Source: Azolla caroliniana
Taxonomy: Eukaryota; Plantae; Polypodiophyta
Length of the DNA: 64,000 nucleotides
Assembly: GCA_043228905.1 (NCBI GenBank)
Contig: JBHGNT010000020.1
Location: 13,082,001 to 13,146,000 of the forward strand
Reading direction: 5' to 3'
Under the pieces are notes generated by a model. That model was not told the origin of the DNA and made no database searches. It saw nothing but the letters and a program-made list of their open reading frames with translations. The position numbers and the translations under genes were made by a program. This document shows positions 12,315-27,734 of the stretch, piece after piece. Positions within the stretch are counted from its first letter, which is position 1, and every line of letters begins with the position of its first letter.

Positions 12315-15298
12315 GGTCATTGAGTGGGTTCCCCATCTACAACCATTTGTCATTCGAATTGTGTACTAGTAGTGGGGGTTGGACTTGATTCGACATTACA
12401 AGTTCACAAGCCACTCATTAGATCACTTGTTCCTTGTTTGGGTTTTGGTCCTAGGCAATGTGCTTACTAACTTCATGACTTTGTTATCTCTTTACCTTTG
12501 AGGTCCATTATTTTACTCATTGCACCAATTTGTTGTCTCTTTAACTCATTTCAAATATCCTTGGTTTGAATCTTGATAGAGGAAGACGTGAAAATAAACG
12601 TTCATAAATTTTAACACCCCACTCTACGTTTAAATTCAACCCCTACATCTACAAATATCAAATGTAAAAGCACTTTTTCTTTTATAATATTAGAGAATAC
12701 ACATTGATCATGTAAACATTTGAGGCATATGGAAATTTACATCCAGCAAGGTAGGAGAGTGTGGTAGTATATGTAGAATGTGGGGTAAAGACTTTTAATG
12801 TACTTGCCGAGGTACATAATGTATGACAACAACAAAAAACATCACACACAATTTGTTTATAGCCAGGTTTGAATGACTCATTTGTTTGTTTGGAGATATT
12901 CAAACTTTCTAGGAAAAACAAAATAGCTTTTCTAGGCAAATCCAAAAGACAATTTGTTTGTTCCTATTTTTGTTTTCTTCAACCTACCCTATTGTATGAA
13001 GTCAAATTAGCTTACATGTGGTATAGTCGTCATTGGAACTTGAAACCTTATAAACTAGGTTGTTTTATAGGGTTATCATTGCAAGTTGTCCCCTTAATTT
13101 TTTGAAAAGCATTTGTTTTTTTACCCTTAATTTGATTTCTTACAAGACATTTTTGAAGTTCACATTTTCTTGAGTGTGAATTAGTTTTTATTCACTCATC
13201 ATTTCTTTCTTACAAGACCCTATTCAAGTTTACATTTTCTCTACTGTTTGCTCCCCCACAATGTGAGAAATAGCGTCACGGGGGCTTTCATTTATTCAAA
13301 CAATAGTTAAGCATCAAGAAAGTTAGCCATGGGAACAAGCAACGAGAGTACTACATTTCCTGTATTTTTTTAAAAATTTGACGTGAAATGCTTTGGGGAT
13401 CTGGTCTAGCAAAGCGTGATTCTTGTTTTTCAAGATTCCTACACTGTTGTTAGCACCATGAAGAAGTATGTCTTTATCAATGGGGTCAAAATTATATGTT
13501 CAGAAATAATTCGAACTCACATGTACAACCGTACTACATTTGCACCTTATTGTTTATGTAACCTCTTTTTGGCACCTTTAAAATTGAATGAAGGCTTTTG
13601 CAAATTAAGTAATCTATCATAAACTAGAACTTATGCATGTTGATCCTCGACCGTTTGACTATTAATCTTTGTTGTCCATTTATGTTTCTTTACTGTCATC
13701 ATTATGCCTTGAGGAATCATGATACACATGTTCCTCTTTCAACATTGATGATTTTGGAAGTGAGCATAAAGATTCTATGATATCTAGAGACTTATTTTGC
13801 TTGTCCTAACTCAAGATTCACAATTCTTAAATCAAAATTAAAATCAAAATGAGGTGTTCCCCACACCACATGTTTTCACAAAGAGACTATACTAAAATAA
13901 TATTTTGACCTTATATAAACGTGTAATCATTTAGAAACACCCCACATGACAACTTCCCCTGAACATGTAGCATGTATGCATGCAATTTTAATGCTAGAAC
14001 AATTGCTACTAGAGTAAGTACAACATTTTATAGTTCAATGCTTTTGTGAGGGTTGTGAATACCATTATTAGATGACAATGCATCTAGTTACATTAAGAGA
14101 ATCATAGTTGCTATGTTTACTCACACTTGTTTAAATTTCTTCACTTTGAATATTAGAACACTAGACAAACTATTTTGTCTATCCATGTATGAACCATCAT
14201 AACGCTTTGTATTAACAATCAAATTATCATTGTTTGTTCCAATTTTGAGATTACTCTTTGTAATGTGATTGGAGTTGCCAATGAGCAAGGAGATTCTATG
14301 GTCCTTCCAAGTTTTGAAGACTACTAAGCTCGCATCATCATGTTCAAAACCCATGATGTATTTTCAATCCAAACTCATTAGTCATACACATGAAAATGTT
14401 TTTAAAAACCATATCACAAGAGTATAATCTTGCAAGAGTCTCCAACTAAACACACACACACAATGGACAGTGTGAAACAAAGTGTACGAATAATATGGAC
14501 TAATTTATTTCCTCTATAGTAATGAGCCTTTTCCAGAAGCAGCTACATGGAATCTTCTTGTAGGAATGTTGGCACAATGTCATAGAATAACCATAGGCAC
14601 ATGATGTAGATGGCAGACGTGACGATATTGTGCTCCATCTATTATGTCGCACAATTTAACAAGTATAAGATACCATATTCCTCTTTAAGAATGTGTAATA
14701 ATCAAGAAAAATCACATTGAACATGACTCATCAAAGAAAGAGAGCTGAGCATTTAGTATGACATTGAGACCAAAACAGAAAGAATACCACCATAGACTAT
14801 TTCAATGAAAACTACTTCTCATGTAACTGTATGAAAGACAGTTATATTTTTCAGCATTTTTTTGAATATACACTTGTGCCATTGCTTTTAGCACCATAGA
14901 AAATGTCTTCATTAAAAGATTTTGATAAATCACTATGAGTCTCTTGCTTTTTGTAGTGCGATAAAATGTAAAACTTCAACTTATTAAAACTTTCATACAA
15001 AAGATGACAACAAACTTATCATGGTTTCTTGCAAAGACCTCATTCAACAAGTACAACTCTTAAGAAGCATAGTTCTTCCTACAAAAACTTCCGATCTCTT
15101 TGAAATACATTTTCTTCAGATGAGGGTTATAAAATATTTAGTTGCGTATTGAAACATAGTACAAAGATTAGGCTTTTCAAAGAACAAAGGGAAACCCAAT
15201 AAATTATATTACATTTATTTTGGATGGAATACAAGAAAGGATCACAAAAGAGAAACAAGATAATTTATGCAAAGATAACCTCATCAGGTTATGAATCT

Positions 15299-17436
15299 TT
15301 AATTATCTTCATTAGTCCCTTTCTCATTTGATGCTTGTTCATTTATCTCATCATTCTCGGTTGGTGGTGGTTCCTTGATCTCCTCTTTGCGCTTAGACAA
15401 TTTCGGAAGGCGACCATAAAGACCAAGTAATTGTCGGAGTCGTTTCGCTTCCTTGTCTAGGTTCTCAATAACTCCAGATTCACCAATTCTCCAGCCCCAA
15501 TTCCCGGCCTTACAAATGAGAAGGGGAAATAATTAATCTATGCTTTTATTCACTCACATGGCATATGTACAACACATTATGTGCTAAACGAAAAAGGGAA
15601 ATACTTTGTCATTAGTATGTCCATTACATTTTCTAATTGCCTATACAAAATGTACAAAAAATGTAAACCTATGTGAACTTACAGACACCAGTTGAAGTCT
15701 AATTGCCATGGGTCTTAACATACTTTCTTTGTGAAAACAATTCTTAGTATTGACACTTAAAAAGCATCATTATTTGATCATTACTTCATTACTTCTAATA
15801 TATTTAGGTCACTATGCTATCGGTTAATTCACAATTTTATCATACAAATTTGTATTTCCACAACTCGGTGGTTAGTAATAAAGACACTGATAAGGAATGT
15901 GAAAACAGAACGAAGATATAGAATCACCTCTAAAACTGGAAATTGTCTCTTTTATGAGAACAAGGAAAGAAATAATGAGTTTGCATAAGGAACATGAAAA
16001 TTAGAAGAACAAAGATAATGGCTGAAGGAAAATGAAATAATAGTAACGATAATGGCTGAAAGAAATTTTCTGAACCTGTGTTGCAGGGATGTTCATTCGG
16101 GCTGAATTGTCGAGTCCTAGTATGTCTTGCATTGTTAGAATTGCTGTTCGTCCTACTGAGGAAATTGCTGCTCTTATAAAGACCCAAGAAATATCATCCT
16201 CATCCTCAATATATAAATAGCTTCGAACCTACCCACACAAAAAATATAAAGAAAGTGTACTTCAGACTTCAAAAGCAAAACCATTTTCTCTACTTATGTT
16301 ATACAGCCAAATTACTTACAACTTCCTTCTCCTCATCACTTATTCGTTGCCACCAGCCAAGGGTCTTAAACGCAGCATGAACAAGAAAAAACATCAATAT
16401 ATATTTTCAGTAGAATAGTCACAAATCAAATGCGAGACAAGAAAATAGATTATGTGCATTCCTTATATCCCTGCTTAACTAATCAAACTTAGGTACAATA
16501 TCTATCTGCCTCAATTTTGTTGAGGGTGGCAATTGATCGATATAAGCAATAAAGTCAAGAAGGAGATGGAGTTCATCACTATTCATAAATGGAGAATACA
16601 TTAAACTACTGACAAGCAGAGATGTGCCTTAATCAAGGAACATCAAGCTGGAAATGAAGTGAAATAGTTCAAAGTAAAGACAAGATTTGATAAATGACGA
16701 TTTCACTCCTGCATTGGTCAGTTAAATCATAAACATGTGCTGAACCACAAACCAGAAACATGGATCAAATGGCAAATGTATGAACCACTTGATTGCATCT
16801 CCCATCCAAGTGACAAACTTGAACATGTCATGATTGAACTTGTCTCTAGAAAAAAGGTGACCAGTAGAATCAAGAGAAGATTTGTGCATTCAATATATCC
16901 CCGCCTAACTAATCAAATTTAGGTACAATATCTATCTGCTTCAATAAAGTCAAGAAGGAAATGGAGTTCATCACTATTCATGAATGAAGAATACGTGAAA
17001 TTACTGACAAGCAAAGATTTGCCTTAATTAAGGAACATCAAGTGGGAAATGAAGTAAAATAGTTCGAAGGAAAGACAAGATTTGATAAACGATTTCACTC
17101 CTCCATTGGTCAGTTAAATCATAAGCATGTGCTGAACCACAAACCGGAAACATGGATCTGTTGAGAATCAAACTCACTTCCCTAGTGTGTGAACACCCCC
17201 CCCCCCCCACCTACTATAGTAACTAGTGTGTCATAGAATCTTATAGTTCTATAATACATATTCAGCGTAGTTAAGTCTCCACCTTCCCTTAGTTAAGAGG
17301 TGGTTGTAGAAAGAGAATATAGAGAAAAGGTGACTATATAAGCACCTCCCACCTTATTTTGTAACTAGTTGGTTGTAGAATCTTGTATTCCTCTCCTTTG
17401 ATAATATAGTTTTTTACTTGCATTCTGTATACATCG

Positions 17437-17488
<52 letters not shown>

Positions 17489-20400
17489 TCTCTCTTCCGC
17501 CGCACACAATCACTCTCGTTTCTTTACATGGTATCAGAGCGATTGGTAGTCTAATCCAAGCCTATTCACGTGTGTTGTGTTAAAGCCTACATTCACGAAG
17601 AACCAGCCGATTGTTGTAGCAACCTCTGCACAATCCATATCATAGAGAAGAGTCAACATGAACACCCAGATGGGAAGCGCTCTTCCTACCGGAAAGCTTG
17701 ACAGAAACAACTTTGCATCTTGGGAGTACAAGATGCACCAATACCTTGTCGGTCAAGGCTATTGGGGCTACATTGAAGGAGCGCAAGAAACATAACCCAA
17801 CTCGACACAAGCCGACTACCCAACCTGGGAGCCGGTTGCGAGCCATGTGTTGTACTGCCTTACGTCATGCACACATGACCACATGCTCAGTAACATTCGA
17901 GAGGCAAAAACACCAAAGGAGGAGTGGGAGAACCTCAAGAAAATCTTCACGGCCAATACGGCTGCTCGCAAACTTCAACTCCGGCAAGAGTTGAACAATA
18001 TTCAACAAAGGGACATGTCAATCGGCAGCTACACCTTGAAGATCAAGGAGCTGTGCGACGCCCTTGGATCGATCAATGTCAGCATTGACGACGATGAAAT
18101 GGTGCAGATAGGCCTCGGAGGCTTGGCACCTCGATTCGCTGCAATAAGATCGGTTGCTCTCACAAGAGAGAATCCTCCTTCCTTCGATCTTCAGACAATG
18201 TTACTAGTCGAAGAGTGTTGTATGTTTAGGGCTAGGGTTAAGGACGATGATAATCATGATAAAAATAGACATGGTGGTTATGATGATGATGGAGAGTATG
18301 GGATTGATGGCGAGAGAGATCATGTGCATTGAGAAGCATTGCGGGGTGGGGGGTGGTGCCTAGAATGGCTCCACCCCCCTCCCAAGGGGGTTCAACGTTA
18401 AGGGGAGGGAAGAGAGAGAGAGAGAGATTAAAAGAGAGATAGATAGAGAGAAATGATTCATTTTTCATTCATTCCCCATAAGGGGGTTAAATAGTACAAG
18501 AGGGGGTAGATACAAAGGGGTGTAAGCCCCCTAGAGCATTCATACTGGACACTCACTCATACCTCCTCGTATCCATCCACATGCACACACGTGTGCATGT
18601 GTTCACATACGTATCGACTCACAATTACATTTATGCCCCCTACACATACACAACATTATGATAACATTCGACCCTCGCTCATCACACTTGACTCTCCGTA
18701 CATCTCGTACGAGGTAACACATGGCACGTCCGTGGGACAGTACCTTGTACGTCGAATCCTCATCCGACCCTTGCTATTCCTCGTCCAAAATATCCAGAAT
18801 GCTTTGTTCGAGAGTCTCCAATGGTTCATCTGAAATTGGTTGTTGTTGTTGTTGTTGTTGTTGTTGCTGCTCTGTTGGTGGCCGCTGCGACGGTTCCTTT
18901 GGTGGCTGCTGCGGCGGCTCCTCTGTTTGTTGCTCTGGCACCGGCGTTTCCGTCGTTACTCCCTCCGGCGTAGTGGTCTCCGGTTGACTGGTTCCGGCCT
19001 GGCCCTCGGCCGGCGACGGTTCCTCATCACTAAGGTTAACCGTTGCCGCTTCTCGTGCTTTTTCTTCCCGAACCCGGGACCGCTCGTAGCTTTCAAACTG
19101 GATTTGAGCGTCCAGCCTATCATCATCTAGCTGAGCTACGAGTTGTCGGACCTGCGCCAACTGTTCATCCGCCAGGACTTGGAAGTCGTCGGCCAGCTCG
19201 TCCCGTATGGCGGTGAAGTCCTCGGAAGTCAACGTCCGCCCATAGCAATTGGAGTTCCACCGCATTTTGTGCCCACTTTGTCCACCATCTTACGGAGCTT
19301 TCGTCAATCAAGCGTTTTGTCTGATTCAGCCATGCCCAAAGGATGCACTGAATCCGGCCCGTTCCCAATTGCAATTTGGTCTCCGTCGCTTGCCGTTCCT
19401 CCTTCAATTGCTTGATGATTTTGACGTTGTCTTCTGCCTGCTCCTTGTAATGCGTCAATTGCCTTTGATATGTGCTTTGTAATTTCTGCAATACCGTTGA
19501 CGCTCTCTCCTTTTCTTCCTGCTGCTGCCTTTGGAGCTCCATCTGGACCTTCTCCGCCTCGTCCAACCGTCTTGTATTTTCCGAACGTTCGTTGGCGATC
19601 GCCGTCGCGGCCCGATCAACTTCCTGCTGGAGCTCGACCATCCGTTCCTTATGCTCCGTTTCCAGCCGTTTGTAGTCCCGGTGCAAGTGCTCAAAATCAT
19701 CTGTCTTTTGCTTGAGCCGTGCATTGATCTGTCGACGAGCCCGGTCCTCGCAGTCCTTCTGCTGGCGGAGCTCTTCCTTTAGCCGTTCAATTTCTGTTTC
19801 CGCCGTCTTCCGCAGCTTGTCCTTTTCCTGCAACACTTTGTCTTTTTCCTCCCTTAGCCGGTCGTACGCTTGATGGCCTTTCCGGAGGCTCTCCTCTGCC
19901 CGGCGGAGGTTCTCAGCAGTCTTCTTTAATTCGGCCTCGGCCGCTGTCTTCAATTCCCATTCCCGGCTCCTTAGCGCTTCTTGTGCGGCCAGTTCATCTC
20001 TGCCCATACGCTCAATTCTGACTCTAGGATTGAACTATATCATTTAGCTATGTAATGTCCAATCATGATTCTCCTATAATTGCTCAGCATCATGCAGTCT
20101 CTGCTCTTGAAGATTCGCACAATGGTATGTTCTGTCCAGCTAGTAGGGAAACCTTCACATATAGCTCTATTGAAGATGCATGCCAGCAATGGAAGCAAGG
20201 TATTCTGAGCATTGATAAAGTGTTCACCTACCAATCCACCATGATCTTCGGCCTCCCAAGTTGTAACTGATCAATGGTGTTTCATACATTTTGTTGAACA
20301 AAAAAGGTGGACTCACGTGGGTATCAGCCATGTGGGTGGGAGAGTGGGGACTTACTAGAGATATTATATAGTACCTTAGCATATTCATGTCACATCTGAG

Positions 20401-23400
20401 TTGAGCTCAGTTGTGTGGTAGGTTGCCTCAAGAGAAAAAGAAATGTTCTTTCATGAAATCAGACGTCTGCATATATTTATGATATAAACAACAAAACTAC
20501 ACGACCTCACAGGATATAAACATGAAGTATGACAGCACAATGTTGGAATTTGCAAGGCTACTTTATCAGTAAAATATGCTTTCATAAATACAAATTACAA
20601 CTGGAACTTCCAAATTAAGAAAATACCCTTGAAGAAAGAAAGAAAGAAAGATATATTAACGTCTTATAAGAGACCAAAATGGCCTATAAGACCAAACAAG
20701 AGATTAAATCTTAAGTGTTGTCTCATCTTTGAGAACAACAAATCAAAATAAAATAAATATTACTCAGGAAATATAAAAGTAAATAAGATAAAAAGATAAG
20801 AAGAGAAACACGTATAAAAAGCTGAGAAAGAAAAATGGAAAAACATGCACAAGCCAAGGAACATAGAAAGAAGGGCACATGCTGTATGCTCTATGGGGAT
20901 TCTGTTTCTTTGGGGGGCCACTTTGAAGAATGATACTCAAGAAGTTAAATAACAATTATTTACCAACTTCATCGGTCCTTTTGAACTGCCTTTCAATCTA
21001 CTTCTATGGTATTAGCATCATGGCTCATAATGATAGTACCCGGAAGATCCATCACGTTAAATGAAATTGGTGAGTCGTGCCAAACACCCTGCCTGGTCTA
21101 GCCAAACACATGGTTAGAAAGAAGAAAGAAAGAAAGATATATTAACGTCTTTTAAGAGGCCAAAATGGCCTATAAGACCAAACAAGAGATTACATCTTAA
21201 GTGTAGCCTCGTCTTTGAGAACAACAAATCAAAATAGAATAAGTATTACTCAGTAAATATAAAAGTAAATAAGATAAAAACAGACAACGGAATCTGGTTT
21301 TCGGCACATGTGAGATTCTCAAGTTAGAGGAAAGTAAAGGACACAGATTGAATATCCTTCTTCCTCTTGCCATTTCCAAGCAAAAAGCTTGTCTCATACC
21401 TAATACTTATAATGCTTTGAAGTGGAGAGAGGTGTGCAAAGTGCTTTGCTGTTTAAAAGTTCGACAATAATTGTTTCATACCTAATAGTGAATAGGAATG
21501 TCTACAGCAAAGTTCACCTCTTAATTACTGAACTCATCTACCGAGAGACCATAATGTCATTGCACATGGGGTAGATATGACATCTCTTTTTTTAAGAAAT
21601 GCTTTATATTATTAGTGGGAAACTTCAAGGAGAGGTAAAAGCCCACAAAACTTAACGTCGTACAATTCTGTGCTCAAAGTACTCAAATATAATATTTGAA
21701 AGTTGGCAAGGGAAATATCACAGAGATGGAGACAATAATGCAATGATTGCCTAAGAGACTGCTTAAAGAAGAAAAATTCATCTACAGCAGGTTGATTGAA
21801 AACCATGTGGTTACATGATATCCACATTTTCCCTTGATACCCAATTGAAAAAATGGATGTACTGTGAGGTGGCTTTGAGAATGAAACCAAGTATCCAAAA
21901 ATTTGTTCCAAATTGAAGCCTTGGGAAATAACAGATGTGTTGCCTTACCCTCTACATGCATGGCAAACTGTGTCATTTGTACTCACCTCATGAGTGACTA
22001 GCTTATAGAAAGAGACTTCTTGAACCTTAAACCTAGGGCTATGGGCTATGGGCTATAGCCTCTATGTAAAGCTCTTCAGTCAGTTTGCAATAAAGAAACA
22101 TCACAGTGCTGCAAAACAATCCAAAGAACCACAAAGGAAGCAGCACCAAATTTCATTACCGTATCATTGTCGTGAGTTCCAGCATACACCACTTGATCTT
22201 TATCGTGATTGTGGAGAAGGTAAGGATTCTTTGGACCTCCACCAAATGCTGAAAAAAAGATAGTTATAGCCTTTGTAGCTGGTTCCTTTTTTGTGTTTAC
22301 CGTAGAAAAGCCATCAATGATTACCAAAGTGAAGAACTGCCATTCCTGGGCTATTGATTGCTTTGCGTAGTCGCAACACATCACCTGTTATGATGCCCTA
22401 AACAAAGACAGAAAAAAACATCTAGTTGAACTGTGTTTCTTTTTCAAAGTGTGACTTCAAAAGAAGCTGAATTTCATTCTTTATTGTGACAACTGCTTAC
22501 AAGATCTTCAGCGATAATGTCAATTTTTCCTACAGCTCCTTTAACAGCATCAAAAAGCTCCTCACACGGACCCAGCTGTAATGATATCCTGTTAGTTCAT
22601 GATATCTTGGAAGTAGAATAAGAAGGCATGGTACAGTTTGTTGGGATTGATACAAACCTTCCAAGTCCCAGTCATTGCCGTCTTGGAATCTGTCACAAAC
22701 AAATTGACATGAGCATAATAAATCATAGTTTCTATAATTGAGCAAATTCTAGCTACTAGAACAACTCAAAACCTGCAGGTATGGCCCAATAGCCAGCTAG
22801 ACCACGGAAATGGTCAATCCGAAACTCATCGTAGAGATCAAATGCTCGCTTCATTCTCTTAATCCACCATGTGTATCCATCTTCTGACATAGCTTTCCAG
22901 TCATATAAAGGACTAGAAAATCGTGAAAGATACCAAAATAAATCAGAATTAGAATTGTCTTTTAAGAAAAAAGAAACCGACCTTCCTGGATTACAAATAA
23001 TAAGAGAATGTACCAAAAGTATATAAAAAATTTTAATTTCCTTCAGTTTCAAAATAATAATGATAATAATAAATAAATCACACCTTCCCCAAAGTTGACC
23101 AGTTGCACTGAAAGCATCTGGTGGTACACCACTGACGAGAAGAGGCTTTCCACTAGACTTATCCTATGCAAACATCATGTGAAACAAACTATGATTAAGA
23201 TTTCCACTTGACAAGATTTATGATACATTTTATTATCATGGCGAAACAATTTTAGTTAAACCTCTGCCTACTAACCAATTCAAACTGGTCTCTGTTTGCC
23301 CAAACATCAGCACTATGGCCTCCAACATAGATCGGCATGTCTCCTATGATACCAATGCCCTTACTGTTTGCATATTTATGGAGGGCTTGCCATTGTCTTT

Positions 23401-26400
23401 GGAATAGGAATTGTTCAGCAACAAATGCATCAATCTATAAAAACCAGTTCATCATTCATCAAATGGTAGACTTGGCCCCAAGCTGTCCTATGATACTTTT
23501 ATCTCTTTATTTGGTCTAACACAACATAACCATCAACCCACAAAATCGTTATAAGTTCTACGAGCAGCTTCAATAGCTTCTGGATGCCTGTCCCTAAGAG
23601 GAATGGGCCAGTTCCACCAGAATTCTTCATTCAATGCATTATCGAGTGCAGCAAAAAGGGCTGCATCTTCAAGCCACCCTGATACATAACAAAATGACTC
23701 CATCAAGACATATCTGTATATGGCACATCAAGCTTCAACAAATGAATTTAAGAAATTGTATTAATACTAATGATCAATTTAATTACAACTTTTGAGAAAT
23801 TATACAGTATATACTTCCATGATTGGATTCCTCAAAGATTAGAAAATGGTTCACCTCAAAATTTTGAAAAAAATCTTTCATTTAAGATCTGGTGCTATGC
23901 AAAATTGTATTGGCTTGTGTTTAATAATAGTCAAAGAAACATACACAAAAGATATGGTTATATTGCATGAATCAAATAGTGCATTGGTTCCATCAGAGTG
24001 GTAGAGCTTACCTGATATTTCTGGCTGTTTTCGAAATATATCCATCTCATCTTTGAGAGGACCTTTGCTATTAACAAGATTTTTTGCAGCCTATAAAGAA
24101 TACCCAAATAAGCACTCAAAAACTTCGCCCATGCTGAAAGATATATTCTGAAATCTACTAATAGAGCTAAGTCACACCATAAATCATAGCGTAAATGTGC
24201 ACCTTAGCTATCAGTGGATCTTTTAATTTTGCAACAGCATCAAAGTCTATTTTTGTTACAGGTCTGAAACAGCACAAACGTTTCATTTCAAAATATGGGA
24301 ATATTGAACTTCAACAAATTAAAAAAATTAAAACACAATATGAGATCCAAACATTGATTTTGGAAGATCTGTAATCTCTAGAAGACCATCTTCTACAAGA
24401 TCTTCCAAGGATATTAGAAGCGTGTTCCCACAGTTGGCATCCTACCAAAGTGAAAGCAGCATTAGTATTTTGCAGAGAAGTTCAAAGAAGTTCAATAATA
24501 AAAATTGCCCTATTTTTTAAGTATAACCATTGTATCTATACCTGACCTGCATATGGAGATCCATCTTCACCAGATTTGCGACCAGGCGGCACCAATGGGA
24601 GAACCTAAATGGCAGCCTTAGATGGTAAGATTTATCAAGAGATATTCAGCTTCATAAACGCAGTAGTAAAACATGTCTTCCCCAAGTTACGATACAACAG
24701 CATGACAAATTTAGTTTAATAAACTCCAACCAATTCATTAGAAAAATAATGGGGAATATATTGATTATAGTACAGGATATTTGTTGGATAATCATCCATA
24801 GAAATTGCAATCAAAACTTGAAACATGATTTCCACACTTACTCTCTTCTACACTTTATCTTAAGCACAAAGGAAATCAAGTCTTCTACTAAATATCACTG
24901 ATTTGTAAAACTGTTCCACTACCATCCAATCAACTGGGAAACAAAGACAAAAGTTTAAATTTTTATGTCATAAGCTGCTGTGTTAATTAGGTTTTGTGCA
25001 ATTCTGGAGACCAATTTCCAACATTTATCCAGACAAAATGCTATCACTGTTGCATGACCATTTCATATTAGGCTTTTACTCTTAGCAAGACATATACATC
25101 CATATGCAAAGAACAGTTGGTAGGAATAGACTCCAGTGGCTCAAGAAATAAAAAAGGATAATGATCAGACTGCCTCAGAACAATCCTACCGACTCAGGTG
25201 ATACAAATGAGTAATTGTTCAACTAAATTATTTGCTCTATGTTGATAAATTCATTTTCCATTGGTTTCTTCTTCATCTTGGTTTAGAGATTTCACATTCT
25301 TTTGGAGCATAATTGGTGGTTTATGTATTACATATCAAACAAAAACAAGGATTTCTATAGATTATTAGATCCTTATAAATGCAGTGTGTATCTATCTATG
25401 TGCAGATCCATATTTACTTTTGCATGCACAAAGTAAGAGTCAAGTTCTAATCAAATGGAGTTCAAATCAGACTCCTGGAAGAATATTTAGACTTTAGGAT
25501 TAAGGGTTAGGCTTTAGAGTTTAAGGTTTAGGGTTGAGATTATGGTACACAATGGCCTCGCAGTTAACAGTGGCCAAACCTTGATTTTGATATCCAGATT
25601 TGCCAATTGTCTAGGTTCACAGCCTCTACAATCCTGCTAGGTTTTAGGGCTTACGGTTTAATGTTATGGCACAGAATGCCTTCCAAGTAACCAAAAATTG
25701 ATCTTGATACTATATTTTGTCTTGAGTTCCAAGTTTAGAGTTTGCACAGAATCGCTTCATAATGTCAAACCTTGATCTTGATTTACAGGTAAGGAGAGTG
25801 CATGGTTTCTTGGTCGTGGTGCACAATAAAGTACCTGGCTGAAACTTCACTGGGTGAAAATTATCTCTCCCCCCTTTCAAATATAGCCTCGAGTGCCCTC
25901 TTTGGATGTGTCACATGGAATTGGATGATGTAAAACAAAAGGGACATTGTGCACTAGGATACAGAAAGGGCTTGGATGAATGCATCATTCCCTTTCCGCA
26001 CAAGGATGGAACATTACAGAATAGATTCCTACACATATCACATAATTTTCTATGTTCTCTAGAGGTTGAAACAAAGGAGCACCATATATATCATTCCTCC
26101 ATATGTGAATCATAAAGACAGGAAGGCAATTATATCAATGATGAATGTAAGCAAATACATGGTATAATATGTGAAAGCAGCATTATTGAGGATGATATCC
26201 TTATTCACGAATTCGTTGATCTGGCCATTTTTGAGCTCGTGATTTAGAGAAATATCTGTGAAGAGTGACAGGAATATACAAACATTTAACTTGATATCCA
26301 GTAAAGTTGGTCTATCCCAAGAAAAAAAAATTGTTAGTATTATGAAGACATGAAGGCAGACAATTATATTAATCATGAATCTATGATCACAGGAAAAGTA

Positions 26401-27734
26401 GATGAGATTCATCTCCAACCATGCCTTTATAACATATTCCCTTACCAACAACACAGTATCCCCAACTTTTCAAATTTCTAGCCTCTTGGACTATACATTT
26501 ATCCTATTGATTAAAGATCATCATTGAACACTAGAACAATAAACTCATCCCAGTCATCTACAATGAATGTCAGTATCATCTCCCAGAATGGAAAGGACCT
26601 ATTTTTTAGTTCACATCATGAAGGAAGCCCCTGAACCTAGATAACTAAATCTGCTATAATCATTCACCATAAATAGGTGTGTCCTATCCATGAATATAAA
26701 GGGATATTCAAACCACAAATCTCACCCTTGAATCCCAGGCTGAAAGATTCATGCTAGCAATATACCATGAATAATGAAGCCATCACAATAATACAGAGTT
26801 TGTCACACAACAAAGGTCACCCGTGAAACTTCGAGCCTCTAGTGGGACCCTTTTATGTGAATCATGACGATGTGCAGTCATACAACTATATTAGAAATGA
26901 ATCTAAATCACCGGAAACATAGATGAAGTTCCCAACCCAATTCCAGTCATCTACCACATATACCAGTGTCATAAAAGGTAGTATCTAGTAGTGTTCAAAC
27001 ATGAAACTGTGCAGCTGGTAAACCTGTCCAACTCATCTACAATACATATATACAAGTGTCTAGTCATCTGGGTGTATAGGAGTGCCATCAAATGTAAGCA
27101 TGCCATAGTGTTCACACATGTGAACCCTAATACTAAAGAAACCATTGTAGGGATCTACCATATATACGAGTTTCATTAAATGGAAGTATCTAATAATGTT
27201 CGTACAAGTGAATCCTACATTGGTAAACCTATTCTACTCATTATACGAGTTTCATTAAATGGAAGTATCTAATAGTGTCTGTACAAGTGAATCCTACATT
27301 GGTAAACATGTTCTAGTCATTACTGTACATACCAATATCTATTCATATAGTACCAATATCTAATCATATAGTGTAGATACCGGCGTCTAATCATCTACAA
27401 TATATACCAGTGTCATTGAAAGGAAAGCACCTGCCAGAGCGAACAACCAGCAGAATGAAGCCAATCAATGAACGAAAAAGCTTCTTTTCCAAGGTCACCA
27501 ATACCAAATGGTCCTGGAAGAGATGTGGGATGAAGAAGAACACCTCCTCGACGAGGCGGCAAGTTCTTAAAAGGGTCATCATGTACATAAGAAGATGGTA
27601 AATCATCGCCGATAGAGAGACCACTTCCCCGCTTCTTCTTCTCCATTGACTCTTCGCTGAAGAATAGGGTTTGCTCTACACGATGACCAGAAGGCAATGT
27701 AGGTAATTTGCTTGAAGAAGAAGAAGAAGAAGAA

